Below are positions 1 to 11,330 of a DNA stretch of 64,000 nt, piece after piece. The notes under the pieces are model-generated. The model was not told the origin of the DNA, did no database searches, and saw only the letters and a program-made list of their open reading frames with translations. A program made the translations under genes and the position numbers. The DNA comes from Eledone cirrhosa (taxonomy: Eukaryota). Each line of letters begins with the position of its first letter. Within the stretch, counting starts at the first letter, position 1. The stretch is from contig OZ024746.1 in the NCBI GenBank assembly GCA_964016885.1, positions 87,792,001 through 87,856,000 of the forward strand. The letters are read 5' to 3'.

Positions 1-960
1 TATTTTAACTTCTTCCTATGTATATTATTTTTGCTATTTCATTGACAGAAATGGTTGTTTAGGAGAGTATTTAACTAAGGCATTATTTTTTTATTTATTT
101 GTTTTATTTGGTTTAGTCCGAAGTCTATTTTCATTAAGCAATGCAACGATTAAATTGTTCACAATCTGACCCTCCCATTCTTTTGTGTATGTTAGAATGT
201 ACTATACAAATCGTTCGTCCGAATTCTATGATAATAAGTTTTTACTCGTCTGAGATATGACCGGTATTTCTTACAGATCAAGTGATCACATACACGCAGC
301 CTGTTTGCTCTGTTGGAATTCATAAATGTATTTATCATTGAATGCCTTTGAAATGTATCTTCTATATTTTTCTTAAACTCTTAATATCAGTTTATTTGCT
401 ACCAACATTTTCTTTACTTTCGACTGTTGCTTTCCATCATTTATTTATGATTATAATATTTATTGTTTTGTCCTTTAACTTTCTAACTATTTATTTCGTC
501 TGTTTATTGTTGTCCCTTCAGTTTACATTAATTATTATGGCGTATTATTCCTCTTACGTTTGTTTGCAATAGCATTTTTGTCTTCTTCCATATAATTCTT
601 TAAGCTAATTCCGTTCCCAAACTATTGATGATTTCTGCTCTTCTATGTCCATTGTAGATGTTTATCTTTTCATTCCTAATTCTTCACCACACTATATTGT
701 TGCTTCCTTTCTCTTTTATGTTCATCAGTCTTTTTACATTCTATTCCATTCTTTCTAGTTTTCCTGTTTTTTTCTTTTCTATGATATGGTTTCTGCTTGT
801 TTTATACACATCCATAATATTCAGTATAACTGCTGGTATCCGTTATATAATATTATTCAATGAAATTTTATTATTTCTGTGGTACTGTGATATCCTTATG
901 TTTCTTTGTCACTAACATGAAGAAATATGATGTCGATACTCAATATTAAAATTGTAACCA
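1..960 (-). mobile_element. Decayed Penelope-like element (RT C-terminus + GIY-YIG endonuclease remnant)
   Basis: Manual minus-strand translation gives ILYNGYQ (~835-855; resembles the PLE L..NGYP motif) and GCVYVIT*..CKKY(I)GH..RRVKT (~240-303; GIY-YIG-like), with frameshifts and stops. Confidence 0.55.
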
Positions 961-1231
961 TATAGGTATTAACTGCGGCATAATAGTGCAAAAAATTAAT
1001 GTACAAAACCCAGTGCAAATACAACTTTAAGATTTCTATTATGGCGTATTGGTATAATCATATCCATAATGATAATGATGATGATGTTGACGATGCTAAT
1101 AAAGGCAATAATAATAATAATAATAACAACAACAAAAATACTACAAAAAAACATATTTGGTACTTTCAACAAATATTCTTTTATATAGCCAATTTTACTC
1201 CTCTTTGAAAGATACACACACACCCACACGC

Positions 1232-1246
1232 ATATATATATGCATG

Positions 1247-1325
<79 letters not shown>
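1232..1325. repeat. (TA)n microsatellite
   Basis: Seen directly. Confidence 0.98.
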
Positions 1326-1327
<2 letters not shown>

Positions 1328-1601
1328 TAAAATATGTCTATAGAATCACCAGATAAAATATATACCATTTCCTCTCCCAATTAGCATAATTAACTATATA
1401 AAAAATCGATTAGACCAAGCTATAAGAATAAAGGCTTCTATGAAGAAATCTCCGACAAACAACCGAAATCAGCCCTTCGCGCCGGCTGCAACGGAATATT
1501 TATCGAATATTTTGACAGCTTGTATGAATCGCCCAGATATACAGTCAATTAAACAGAATCAGTTGTAAAATAAACTAGGAGAAAAGTGAACATATTTAGT
1601 T

Positions 1602-1679
1602 ACCTCGACCATGGTTTCGTCCGGATTTTAAGATATCCGATAGCTTCGGACACCTAGACCACCGGACTCTTCAGGAAGT
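1602..1679 (-). ncRNA. Type-I hammerhead ribozyme, intact core, extended stem II
   Basis: Minus strand reads ACTTC-CTGAAGA-GTCCGG...CCGGAC-GAAA-CCATGG-TC^GAGGT. Stem I ACTTC/GAGGT, 6-bp stem II, palindromic stem III ACCATGGT, GUC triplet. Confidence 0.88.
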
Positions 1680-1880
1680 TATCTCACATTTAGACAATAC
1701 ATTTTGCAAAGTGATCGCGCCAAGAATACATTCAAAAATGGCTAAGAATCGTGACGTTGCAGCGGTCAGGTTAGAAGGAATGTGGTTAGTTGCTTACGGC
1801 TGGTGGGTTTATGCTAGAAAGCGCAGCACAATACAGCCAAAATTGTATCTCCACATAACGGGAGATTATTACATATAAAG

Positions 1881-1942
<62 letters not shown>

Positions 1943-2286
1943 GGGTTTTGCAACGGGTCACTTTGTGGCTCAATGAAAAGTTAATAATTTAAATAATCAG
2001 AGTTATATATCATAAAATATGTCTATAGAATCACCAGATAAAATATATACCATTTCCTCTCCCAATTAGCATAATTAACCATATAAAAAATCGATTAGAC
2101 CAAGCTATAAGAATAAAGGCTTCTATGAAGAAATCTCCGACAAATAACCCAAATCAGCCCTTTGCGCCGGCTGCGACGGAATATTTATCGAATATTTCGA
2201 CAGCGTGTATGATTCGCCGAGATTTACAGTCAATTAAACAGAATTAGGTGTAAAATCAACTAGGAGAAAAGTGAACATATTTAGTT

Positions 2287-2364
2287 ACCGCGACCATGGT
2301 TTCGTCCCCATTTTAATAAATCCGATAGCTTCGGACACCTAGAGTACCGGACTCTTCAGGAAGT
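2287..2364 (-). ncRNA. Type-I hammerhead ribozyme, second copy (stems I and II partly mutated)
   Basis: Same core as 1602-1679; stem II is GTCCGG/GGGGAC and stem I is ACTTC/GCGGT. Confidence 0.75.
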
Positions 2365-2556
2365 TACTCAAATTTAGACAATAAATTTTCCAAAGCGATC
2401 GCGCCAAGAATACATTCAAAAATGGCTAAGAATCGTGACGTAGCAGCGGTCAGGTTAGAAGGAATGTGGTTTGTTGCTTACGGCTGGTGGGTTTATGCTA
2501 GAAAGCGCAGCACAATACAACCAAAATGGTATCTCAACATAACGGGAGATTATTAC

Positions 2557-2598
<42 letters not shown>

Positions 2599-2669
2599 CG
2601 TTTATGTCGGTTGTATACAGACACCTAAGTATGCAGGCTGGAACACTTGTCTATACCATACTAATCCAA

Positions 2670-2724
2670 ACTGCCTGAAGAGGGCACAGACAAAGGTGGC
2701 TGTCACTGAAATATATATAGCAGT
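2670..2724 (+). ncRNA. Type-I hammerhead ribozyme (family X)
   Basis: ACTGC-CTGAAGA-GGGCACAGAC..GGCTGTCACT-GAAA-TATATA-TA^GCAGT. Stem I ACTGC/GCAGT; followed by AATAAA. Confidence 0.8.
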
Positions 2725-2769
2725 AATAAACGAAGCTAAATTTTAATCACTTGACTTTTTATTTAACTT

Positions 2770-2888
<119 letters not shown>

Positions 2889-2934
2889 AATATATAAATA
2901 AATATATATAAATATATAAATATATATATATAAT

Positions 2935-3151
2935 TATAATGTATTTTGCAATACACTTTATGCTTAATTAAAAGCATTTCAAGGTAGTTGGCCTTGACAA
3001 GCTTCAACAAAAGCGAAACATGTCATGTCGGCTTATCTCCTCCTGTTTGCTGAGATCGAAGTGAGTGAATTTGTCACTACTTTAAAACAATAGCTTACGG
3101 TCTTCAAAATGCTTTTAATTAAGCATAAAGTGTATTGCAAAATACATTATA
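2935..3151 (+). mobile_element. Fold-back mini element: 45-bp inverted arms (2935-2979 / 3107-3151) around an HHR
   Basis: TATAATGTATTTTGCAATACACTTTATGCTTAATTAAAAGCATTT and its exact reverse complement. Confidence 0.8.
2990..3033 (+). ncRNA. Hammerhead motif with U3-A8 core variant
   Basis: GCC-TTGACAA-GCTT-caacaa-AAGC-GAAA-CATGTC(ATGTC)-GGC; there is a 5-nt duplication at the cleavage site. Confidence 0.65.
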
Positions 3152-3194
3152 TTTACATCCATATATATATTGCTATTTCAGAGCTACAATTCTA

Positions 3195-3236
<42 letters not shown>

Positions 3237-3280
3237 AAGTTAAATAAAAGTCAAATGATTAAAATTTAGCTTCGTTTATT

Positions 3281-3335
3281 ACTGCTATATATATTTCAGT
3301 GACAGCCATCTTTGGCTGTGACCTCTTCAGGCAGT
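3281..3335 (-). ncRNA. Type-I hammerhead ribozyme (family X, better-paired copy)
   Basis: ACTGC-CTGAAGA-GGTCACAGCCA-aaga-TGGCTGTCACT-GAAA-TATATATA-GCAGT. Confidence 0.85.
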
Positions 3336-3371
3336 TTGAATTAGTATGGTATAGACAAGTACATATGTTAA

Positions 3372-3839
<468 letters not shown>

Positions 3840-4045
3840 TTAAGTCGTTTGGAAGCCTCGACAATGCAAATGGGTAAATCTCCGGGTAACAAGGTCCGGT
3901 GGTGGAGAGAGATGTAAGTGGGTATACGTTGAGATGCCTGGTGTGTATAAGATGTGTGAGATGTGTAGAATGAAGGGAAGAGTATAAAGGATAAAATAAA
4001 AATAACAACACAAGAGAGAGTTACCTTGGGAGATATTTTAATAGT

Positions 4046-4080
4046 CCCTATATATTTCGGATTCACATCCATCAACTGGG
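4046..4080 (-). ncRNA. Decayed minimal hammerhead motif
   Basis: CC-CAGTTGA-T-GGAT-gtga-ATCC-GAAA-TATATA-GGG; two substitutions relative to CTGATGA. Confidence 0.5.
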
Positions 4081-4126
4081 TTTTTTCCGGGGTGGGGGAA
4101 AATGTTGTCTGTCGGACATATATGTT

Positions 4127-4157
<31 letters not shown>

Positions 4158-4173
4158 GTATATATATATATAT

Positions 4174-4215
<42 letters not shown>

Positions 4216-4486
4216 TTATATATATATATATATTTACATATATATATATTTATATATATATATTTATATATATATTTATATACATATATTTATATATATT
4301 TATATATATATATTTATATAGAAAGATTTGAATGGATACAGTTTAGTTGTATATTTATATATATATTTATATATATTTTTATATATATTTATATATATAT
4401 ATTTATATATATATATTTATATATATATTTTATATATATATATTTCATATATATATTTTATATATATTTATATATATATATATATA

Positions 4487-4773
4487 TAAACGTTAGAATA
4501 TGTGTAATAAGGCCAAGACAATGCAGATATGGACATAGAAAAAGAATGCAATAGTGAGAGATATTGATGAGCATGGCTTCATTGGAAATTTAAGACGCTG
4601 GTCTGAGACTTTTACTTCCCTCCGAAGAAGAGATATTATCTCGAAAATTAAGGACATTTAAATAAATTCAAGGTGAAAGACGAATTCTCATCAATATCTC
4701 TCACTATTGCATTCTTTTTCTATGTCCATATCTGCATTGTCTTGGCCTTATTACACATATTCTAACGTTTATA
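4487..4773 (+). mobile_element. Fold-back mini element: ~85-bp inverted arms (4487-4571 / 4687-4773) around an HHR motif
   Basis: The arms look like exact reverse complements; the element is embedded in (TA)n/(TTTA) arrays. Confidence 0.85.
4618..4654 (+). ncRNA. Minimal hammerhead motif (C4 variant)
   Basis: CCT-CCGAAGA-A-GAGAT-att-ATCTC-GAAA-ATTA-AGG. Stem I CCT/AGG; palindromic AATT stem III. Confidence 0.6.
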
Positions 4774-4812
4774 CCTCATTACACAATGCTTCAAATGAAC
4801 TATAACCTCCTC

Positions 4813-4815
<3 letters not shown>

Positions 4816-4858
<43 letters not shown>

Positions 4859-4890
4859 TGTATATATATTTATATATATATTTTATATAT

Positions 4891-4964
<74 letters not shown>

Positions 4965-4965
4965 T

Positions 4966-5041
<76 letters not shown>

Positions 5042-5107
5042 TATATATATATATTTATATATATATATTTATATATATATATTTATATATATTTATATAT
5101 ATATATT

Positions 5108-5157
<50 letters not shown>

Positions 5158-5304
5158 TATATATATTTATATATAAATATTTATATATATATATTTATAT
5201 ATATTTATATATAAATATTTATATATATATATTTATATATATATATTTATATATATTTATATATATATATTTATATATATATATTTATATATATATATAT
5301 ATAT
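4816..5304. repeat. (TA)n/(TATT) microsatellite array
   Basis: Seen directly. Confidence 0.97.
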
Positions 5305-5405
5305 GTATGCTATCGCCGTATTTTAACTAAATAAATTAAAGAAATTATTTAGCCTGATAATGGGGTTAAGAACCCTCGGAGAAATGGAAAAAGATGAGTA
5401 TTGAC

Positions 5406-6090
5406 GTAAACAAACAAACAGCCCGAATTACGCCGTACAGTGTTTAGACAACCTCGTTACCTTTTTAATAAATAATGAAGCTAATAAGCTTGAAACTAGT
5501 ACATCGTTCCTGTGTCAGCGTTGAACAAAAAGGTGATGAGGTTGCCTAAACACTGTACGGCGTAATTTCGGTTGTTTGTTAGTTTACAAACAAACAAACC
5601 GAGACTTATAATAAATGTTCGGTAAACCGATACGTGCATATAAATATATATATATGTGTGCATGTATTCATATATATACATACTACTGTACGTCTGTATA
5701 CATATATGTATGTACGTATACATACATACATACATTTAAGTAAATTGCGTAATAAGAGTGAAAAATGAAATTTCGTTTCAATCTACTCCATTTATCGTTT
5801 TCGGTGTGCCCGGCCGACTGAACTCACTCTATTTGCAAATTAGACTGCTCAGCCGTTAATATGCATTACGAAAGTATATACTTTCAGACGTTCAACCATC
5901 TGGCAGGAAGGTATACGATGCTGATGATAGCTAATAAGCTTGAATCTAATACATCATTCCTGTGTCAGTGTTGAACAAAAAGTTGACGTGGTTGCCTGAA
6001 TACTGTACGGCGTAATTCGGGCTCTTTGTTTGTTTACAAACAAACAAACCGAGCATTATAATAAATGTTCGGTAAACCGATACGTGTATA
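5406..6090 (+). mobile_element. Miniature PLE-like element: inverted 5' segment + truncated pseudo-LTR + full pseudo-LTR (period 450)
   Basis: 5406-5466 is inverted relative to 5527-5587; 5476-5640 is repeated directly at 5925-6090; both repeats carry HHR sequence. Confidence 0.75.
5916..5955 (+). ncRNA. Type-I hammerhead (mutated copy; 3' half intact at 5478-5506)
   Basis: CGATG-CTGATGA-TAGCT-aata-AGCTT-GAAT-CTAATA-CATC. The sister copy has GAAA-CTAG-TA-CATCG, so the consensus is canonical. Confidence 0.75.
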
Positions 6091-6184
6091 TATATATGAG
6101 CATGTATGTATTCATATACAGACTACTGTAAGTCTGTATACATACATGTATGTACGTATACATACATACATACTTATATATATA

Positions 6185-6270
<86 letters not shown>

Positions 6271-6364
6271 CATATATACATATATATGTATATATACATA
6301 CATGCATATATGTATGTACATATTTATTTGTGTCTGGGTGTGGGTGGGTGTATCTGTCTTTCAT

Positions 6365-6417
<53 letters not shown>

Positions 6418-6443
6418 CATATATATATATATATATATTTACC

Positions 6444-6474
<31 letters not shown>

Positions 6475-6666
6475 GAAAATCTCTAGTTATAGATTTTAAG
6501 ATACTCAGCTCTGCCATTATTCTCTTTTTATTTTAATATTTTTTCGTATTTCAGGCCTTACAATTTTATTATTATTTATATTATTATTAACACTACGAGT
6601 ACTATTTTATATCTATTTTACATATCTGATTTTATTGGCTGTATATTATTGTTGTTGTTGATGGTT

Positions 6667-6758
6667 TTCTTCTTCTTCTTCTTCTTCTTCTTCTTCTTCT
6701 TCTTCTTCTTCTTCTTCTTCTTCTTCTTCTTCTTCTTCTTCTTCTTCTTCTTCTTCTT

Positions 6759-6827
<69 letters not shown>

Positions 6828-6886
6828 GTTGTTGTTATTGTTATTGTTATTGTTATTATTATTATTATTATTATTATTAGTATTAT
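6667..6886. repeat. Compound (TTC)n-(TTA)n/(TTG) microsatellite
   Basis: Seen directly. Confidence 0.98.
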
Positions 6887-8023
6887 TTTCATCATTATCA
6901 TCATATGGATTTTATGTTTCACTTTACGTTTGTTGATTCATATTTATTTGTTCTCTCTAAAATCGCACAAGAAGTGCTTTTTAACGCAAGAATCGATACT
7001 TGACTTCATGAGATATACTTTAGTTGTGTCACTTAAGCCGTAAGATGTCTTCCGATAAATAACATTTTTGAAGTGCACACTGCATTAAATGCATTATGTT
7101 ATCTGTTTACCCAGAATGCCATTCGATAAGTACCGATTATACTTATCAATACCGCTGTAGAAACACGTTAAAAAAGTTTAAGTAGAAAAAAATAAGATTG
7201 GTTCCGACTAGTTTCAGATAGTTCAGTGTGTTATCAATGGCTAATGTATAAAAGCATGGGGAGTTTCACGGAAAAAAAAAGTTGCCACGAGACTATGAAT
7301 GCTTTAAAAGATTAGTTCACCCTTTTTTACATTACTTTGAGTGCATATTTTTCAGGTGTCAAATGTCCTTTTCAGTCTTCCTTTGATAATACAGTAGAAT
7401 TTGCACTAACATAAGTAGAACAGTTCAATACATTTGATATTTAGCTTTAGCTTATGTAAATGAGATCGTTCGAAAGTCCTTTGATTGGGCCAGCGTATCG
7501 TTTTGTTCATTTGTGTAAAGGACTTTAATTAACCTATAATTAATGAAGTTCTGAGAAAGATCAAATGGAGAAGACGCTCTGCATTAGACAGAAATATTTG
7601 GAAGATTTTCAATTGAGTACAAGTGTTAGCGGGTTATGGCGGTGATTACTTTACGTGCAGTTGACTGGAAAATCAAGATTTCCAATTGTGCTGTATGGCT
7701 TTGTAATTGGCAGAATTGTCAGATGAGTGATTGTATAACAGCAGTGGCCCCATACATGTGTAAGCAGATTGGGGAATTTTAATATATTTTATTAAATTAA
7801 GGAAAATGAACTCTAGTATTTAAGAGGACACTGGTTCGCCAGGAGAGACTATTGATTATGCAGAACACTTCAATTTGTTGTGATTTCGCGTGACAAGTGC
7901 AAGAGTGTTTTGCACATAGAGTATCAGAAATGTAGTGTTTCAGAAATTATACTGTCAACTTACTACTCAGAAAGAATTCGTCTATATTATTCCAGAATTG
8001 ACTATGAGTTTGGCTGTTATTAT

Positions 8024-8210
8024 GTGGGTTGGCGGTATCGGAAGAGGATCGGATGTTATGCTTTGCAGCATAGCTATGTCCCTTTACGGTCAGAATTCAT
8101 ATCCCGCCGAGGTTAACTTTTCCTTACATCATTACGGGGTCGATAAAATAAAGTACCAGTAATGCACTGGAATAATTGCTGGCCTTGTGCTAAATGTAGA
8201 AACAATTATT
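8024..8210 (+). mobile_element. tRNA-derived SINE (family A)
   Basis: Shares GAGGTTAACTTT..CATCATTACGGGGTCGATAAAATAAAGTACCAG..GGCCTTGTGC..AGAAACAATTATT with copies at 9063, 15250, 41171 and 46500. Confidence 0.85.
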
Positions 8211-9062
8211 CATCATTTACTTTCTTTAGGAGTATATATTTTGCGGGGGCTGGTTTCGTGATATGGTATGGGGTCTTTAATGCAAGTTTCCTAAATATAA
8301 TGAGGTGCAGTTGCATCATAGCACATCAACCCTTTGCGTGACGGATTAACAATGGACATCGCTGACACTGTACTGTATTCATAACTAAATAAGTTCGACA
8401 ATCTCTTAAGCAGCTTAGCTAAGAAAACAGAAGGGAACACGAAGAGGTGAGCTTTACAAAATTTAGAGATTACGCTATTATATGTGCGGCAAATGCTTCA
8501 CTGTACTGATATGTCCAGTTGAGTCTATATAATTGATATGAGATTGATTGAAAATATTTTATCTATAGATTATTTTTTTCCAGAATACGATTAGACTTCA
8601 ACCCGTCTTACAATAAACCTAAACCATATAAACGAATGCCTGGCTACTGGAATCTGTGTATCTAACCATTGATCCATCCATCAATCAATTTATTAAATCA
8701 AACAATCATTTCTATAAACTTATCCATCTTTCTAGCCGTCTGTCTATAGTATATATGTATGTATATATACTGTATACATATATATATCATCATCATTTAA
8801 CTTCTGTATTCCACGCCAGCATGAATGAGGGGGCGGGGTACATATTACTTTCTTGTTTATCCAAACACTTGTGTCGTTTGATATAGATATGTATAACTTA
8901 AGTACCTTAACATTCTGACTGGGGCATCTTGTATAGTATAGCTGTATACTATATAAGAACTAGTATCGTTCTGTTAACATGTCCCTCATATGAAAATAGA
9001 AACATATTACATCTTCTTCTAGATTGCTATCAGTTTGTGCCATATATTGGAATATATATAAT

Positions 9063-9249
9063 TGTTTCTACTTTTGGCACAAGGCCAGCAATTATCCAGT
9101 GCATTACTGGTACTTTATTTTATCGACCCCGTAATGATGAAAGGCAAAGTTAACCTCGGCGGGATTTGAACTCAAACCATAAAGGGGCGTAACTCTTTGC
9201 TGCAAAGCATAGCGTCAGACCCTCTACCGATACTGCCAATCCACCGCCC
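9063..9249 (-). mobile_element. Full-length SINE family A with 20-bp TSD
   Basis: A-box-like TGGCAGTATCGG and B-box GAGTTCAAATCC; TSD TATATTGGAATATATATAAT at 9043-9062 and 9250-9269. Confidence 0.92.
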
Positions 9250-9362
9250 TATATTGGAATATATATAATAAATGAATATTAACATTATCTGGGTCGTTAC
9301 TTTCTTATAATACATGTCCATGATAAACCTACCTTAATCTATATCCTAATATGAATAATATA

Positions 9363-9505
9363 AGCGGTGTATTGGTAGAGTCGTTAGAACGACTCTTACC
9401 AATTCACAATGCTTTATGGTGTTCATTCCGGCTCTCTGCTCTCTGAGTTCAATTCCCACCGAGGTCAACGTTGCATTTCATCCTTTCGAGGGAGATGAAA
9501 AAAAA
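9363..9505 (+). mobile_element. Older, 3'-truncated SINE related to family A
   Basis: B-box GAGTTCAATTCC followed by ACCGAGGTCAACGTTGCATTTCATCCTTTCG. Confidence 0.7.
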
Positions 9506-9757
9506 AACAATTTAGTACTCGGGTGGATTCTTCCTCCATATGTCTTTCTCATTTCCTCTCTATCACTTTCTATCTTTCTCTGGAAGAAATCTGCTGTACT
9601 TAGGTCTGGTGAGGGATTGGTTCTCCCAATATTAAAATAGCCAAGAAACGCCGTATGGCAATACAGTGCTTCTATGACACTATCAGGTGTGACGGGACCA
9701 CACATACCATATGAGAAATAAATGAAGACATTGAGGATAGTTTGATATTGTTTTATC

Positions 9758-9840
<83 letters not shown>

Positions 9841-10115
9841 AAAACAATATCAAACTATTTCATAGTGAATGGATTGAAACAATTTTATCCTCAATGTCTT
9901 CATTTATTTAACATATGGTATGTATCGTCCCGTCACACCTGACAGTCATAGAAGCACTGTATTGCCATACGGCGTTTCTTGGCCATCTTAATACTGAGAG
10001 AGCCAACCCCTCACCAGGCCTGAGTACATCAGATTTCTTCCAGAGAAAGATAGAAAGTGATAGAGAGGAAACGAGAAAGACATATAGAGGAATAATCCAC
10101 GCGAGTATTAAATTG

Positions 10116-10117
<2 letters not shown>
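9506..10117. repeat. Inverted pair of ~255-280-bp elements joined by (TA)n
   Basis: 9506-9760 is a diverged reverse complement of 9837-10117; the right arm has an extra ~28 bp. Confidence 0.9.
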
Positions 10118-10168
<51 letters not shown>

Positions 10169-10808
10169 CGCTATCCTTCGGGATGGTCATGTTAATAACA
10201 AAATTACGGACCTGTTTGGTTTTCACTTAGATTTATTACAGATTCCTAGTTGGTTGGTTTTAATAACAGGCTGTTATTTTTTATTTATTGTCAAAGCTGA
10301 TCCGTCGCACATTCTGTGACCTCAATAATCAGTTTATTATTTGGTGTCTCTCCTTTCTCCGATTCTACACCACCTTTTGCTCTGTGGTGCATTTTCAGAT
10401 AAGATATCTTACAAAACTATAATAAAATGGAGAATCCTTCCAAAAGAAAAAAACAACACACACACACACATACACACATACACACACACATACACACACA
10501 TACACACGTACACACATACACACATACACACACATACATATATATATATATATTATATATATATAATAAATATATATATAATAAAATAAAACAAGGACAA
10601 ATGGTTACTCCTTCATTACGTGTATTGGTTGTTTCCCTATTGATCAGCTCAAGGTTCGATCTGCATCGATTTAGCCCGACACTGTATCAATGGCTCATCG
10701 GACATCTGTGGTAGTAATGACAGAATAAATATGCACGGCGTACGAAAAATTCTAAAGTTCATATGCTGGTCAGTAAAACTTGTTTTGATTAGTGGGTTAC
10801 ACTCCCTG

Positions 10809-10912
<104 letters not shown>

Positions 10913-11114
10913 CGTGCGTGTGTGTGTCGGTGGATATGTCTTTCTGTGTGTCTGTCTGCGTCCCTTCTATTTGTTAAGCTTCGTTTCACTATTATCTTTA
11001 ATTCATAGTGGCCAAGCCTTCATTGGAATTGTAAGGTGAACATTATTGCTTTGTTTATTCTAGTTCGATTTGTTTATTTATCATTTGTAACTCTTTCTCT
11101 GTTTTCTAATATGG

Positions 11115-11330
11115 AAACAACCTTGGTCGAGTGCTTCTGGCATGTTCATTTTTTTCAATTTGAATCAACGTCAACGTGTGTTTCCAGCAAAAAGCCATGC
11201 CTGCCTTACCCACCGTTCACGAGTCACTGAAAGTTGAGGATATTCCCAGAAACCTGCATGTTAAACTCACGAATAGCCGGTCCTTTTGATCAAATAACTG
11301 GAGCACCCACCGTCGAAACCAGCAGATGAC
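11115..11330 (+). mobile_element. Old SINE fragment related to the element at 49740-50060
   Basis: Reverse complement GATCAAAAGGACCGGCTATTCGTGAGTTTAACATGCAGG resembles GATCAACGCAACAACCTAATCGTTAAATTTGTATGCAGG at ~49777. Confidence 0.45.

Larger units (their letters stand above)
1326..2563 (-). mobile_element. Tandem direct repeat (two ~555-bp copies, period 685) each carrying a hammerhead; non-autonomous PLE/retrozyme-like
   Basis: 1326-1879 matches 2011-2563 with scattered substitutions. Copies are separated and flanked by (TA)n. No ORF. Confidence 0.8.

Noticed and set aside
5352-5380. CTGATAA-T-GGGGTT/AACCCT possible HHR
   Set aside because: Stem II is present but there is no adjacent GAAA, stem III or stem I.
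6632-6936. Poly-R/E/K/L/F ORFs (also 32374-32853, 43252-43507, 46140-46644)
   Set aside because: Trinucleotide microsatellite artefacts.
9063-9249. tRNA gene
   Set aside because: The A/B boxes belong to a SINE head; no cloverleaf is evident.
10355-10400. Minus-strand CTGAAAA-TGCACCA..TGGTGTA-GAAT possible HHR
   Set aside because: Two core mismatches and no stem I; at best a decayed relic.
10655-10710. Minus-strand CCGATGA-GCC..GGC-TAAA-TCGA possible HHR
   Set aside because: G12 is lost and stem I is unpaired.
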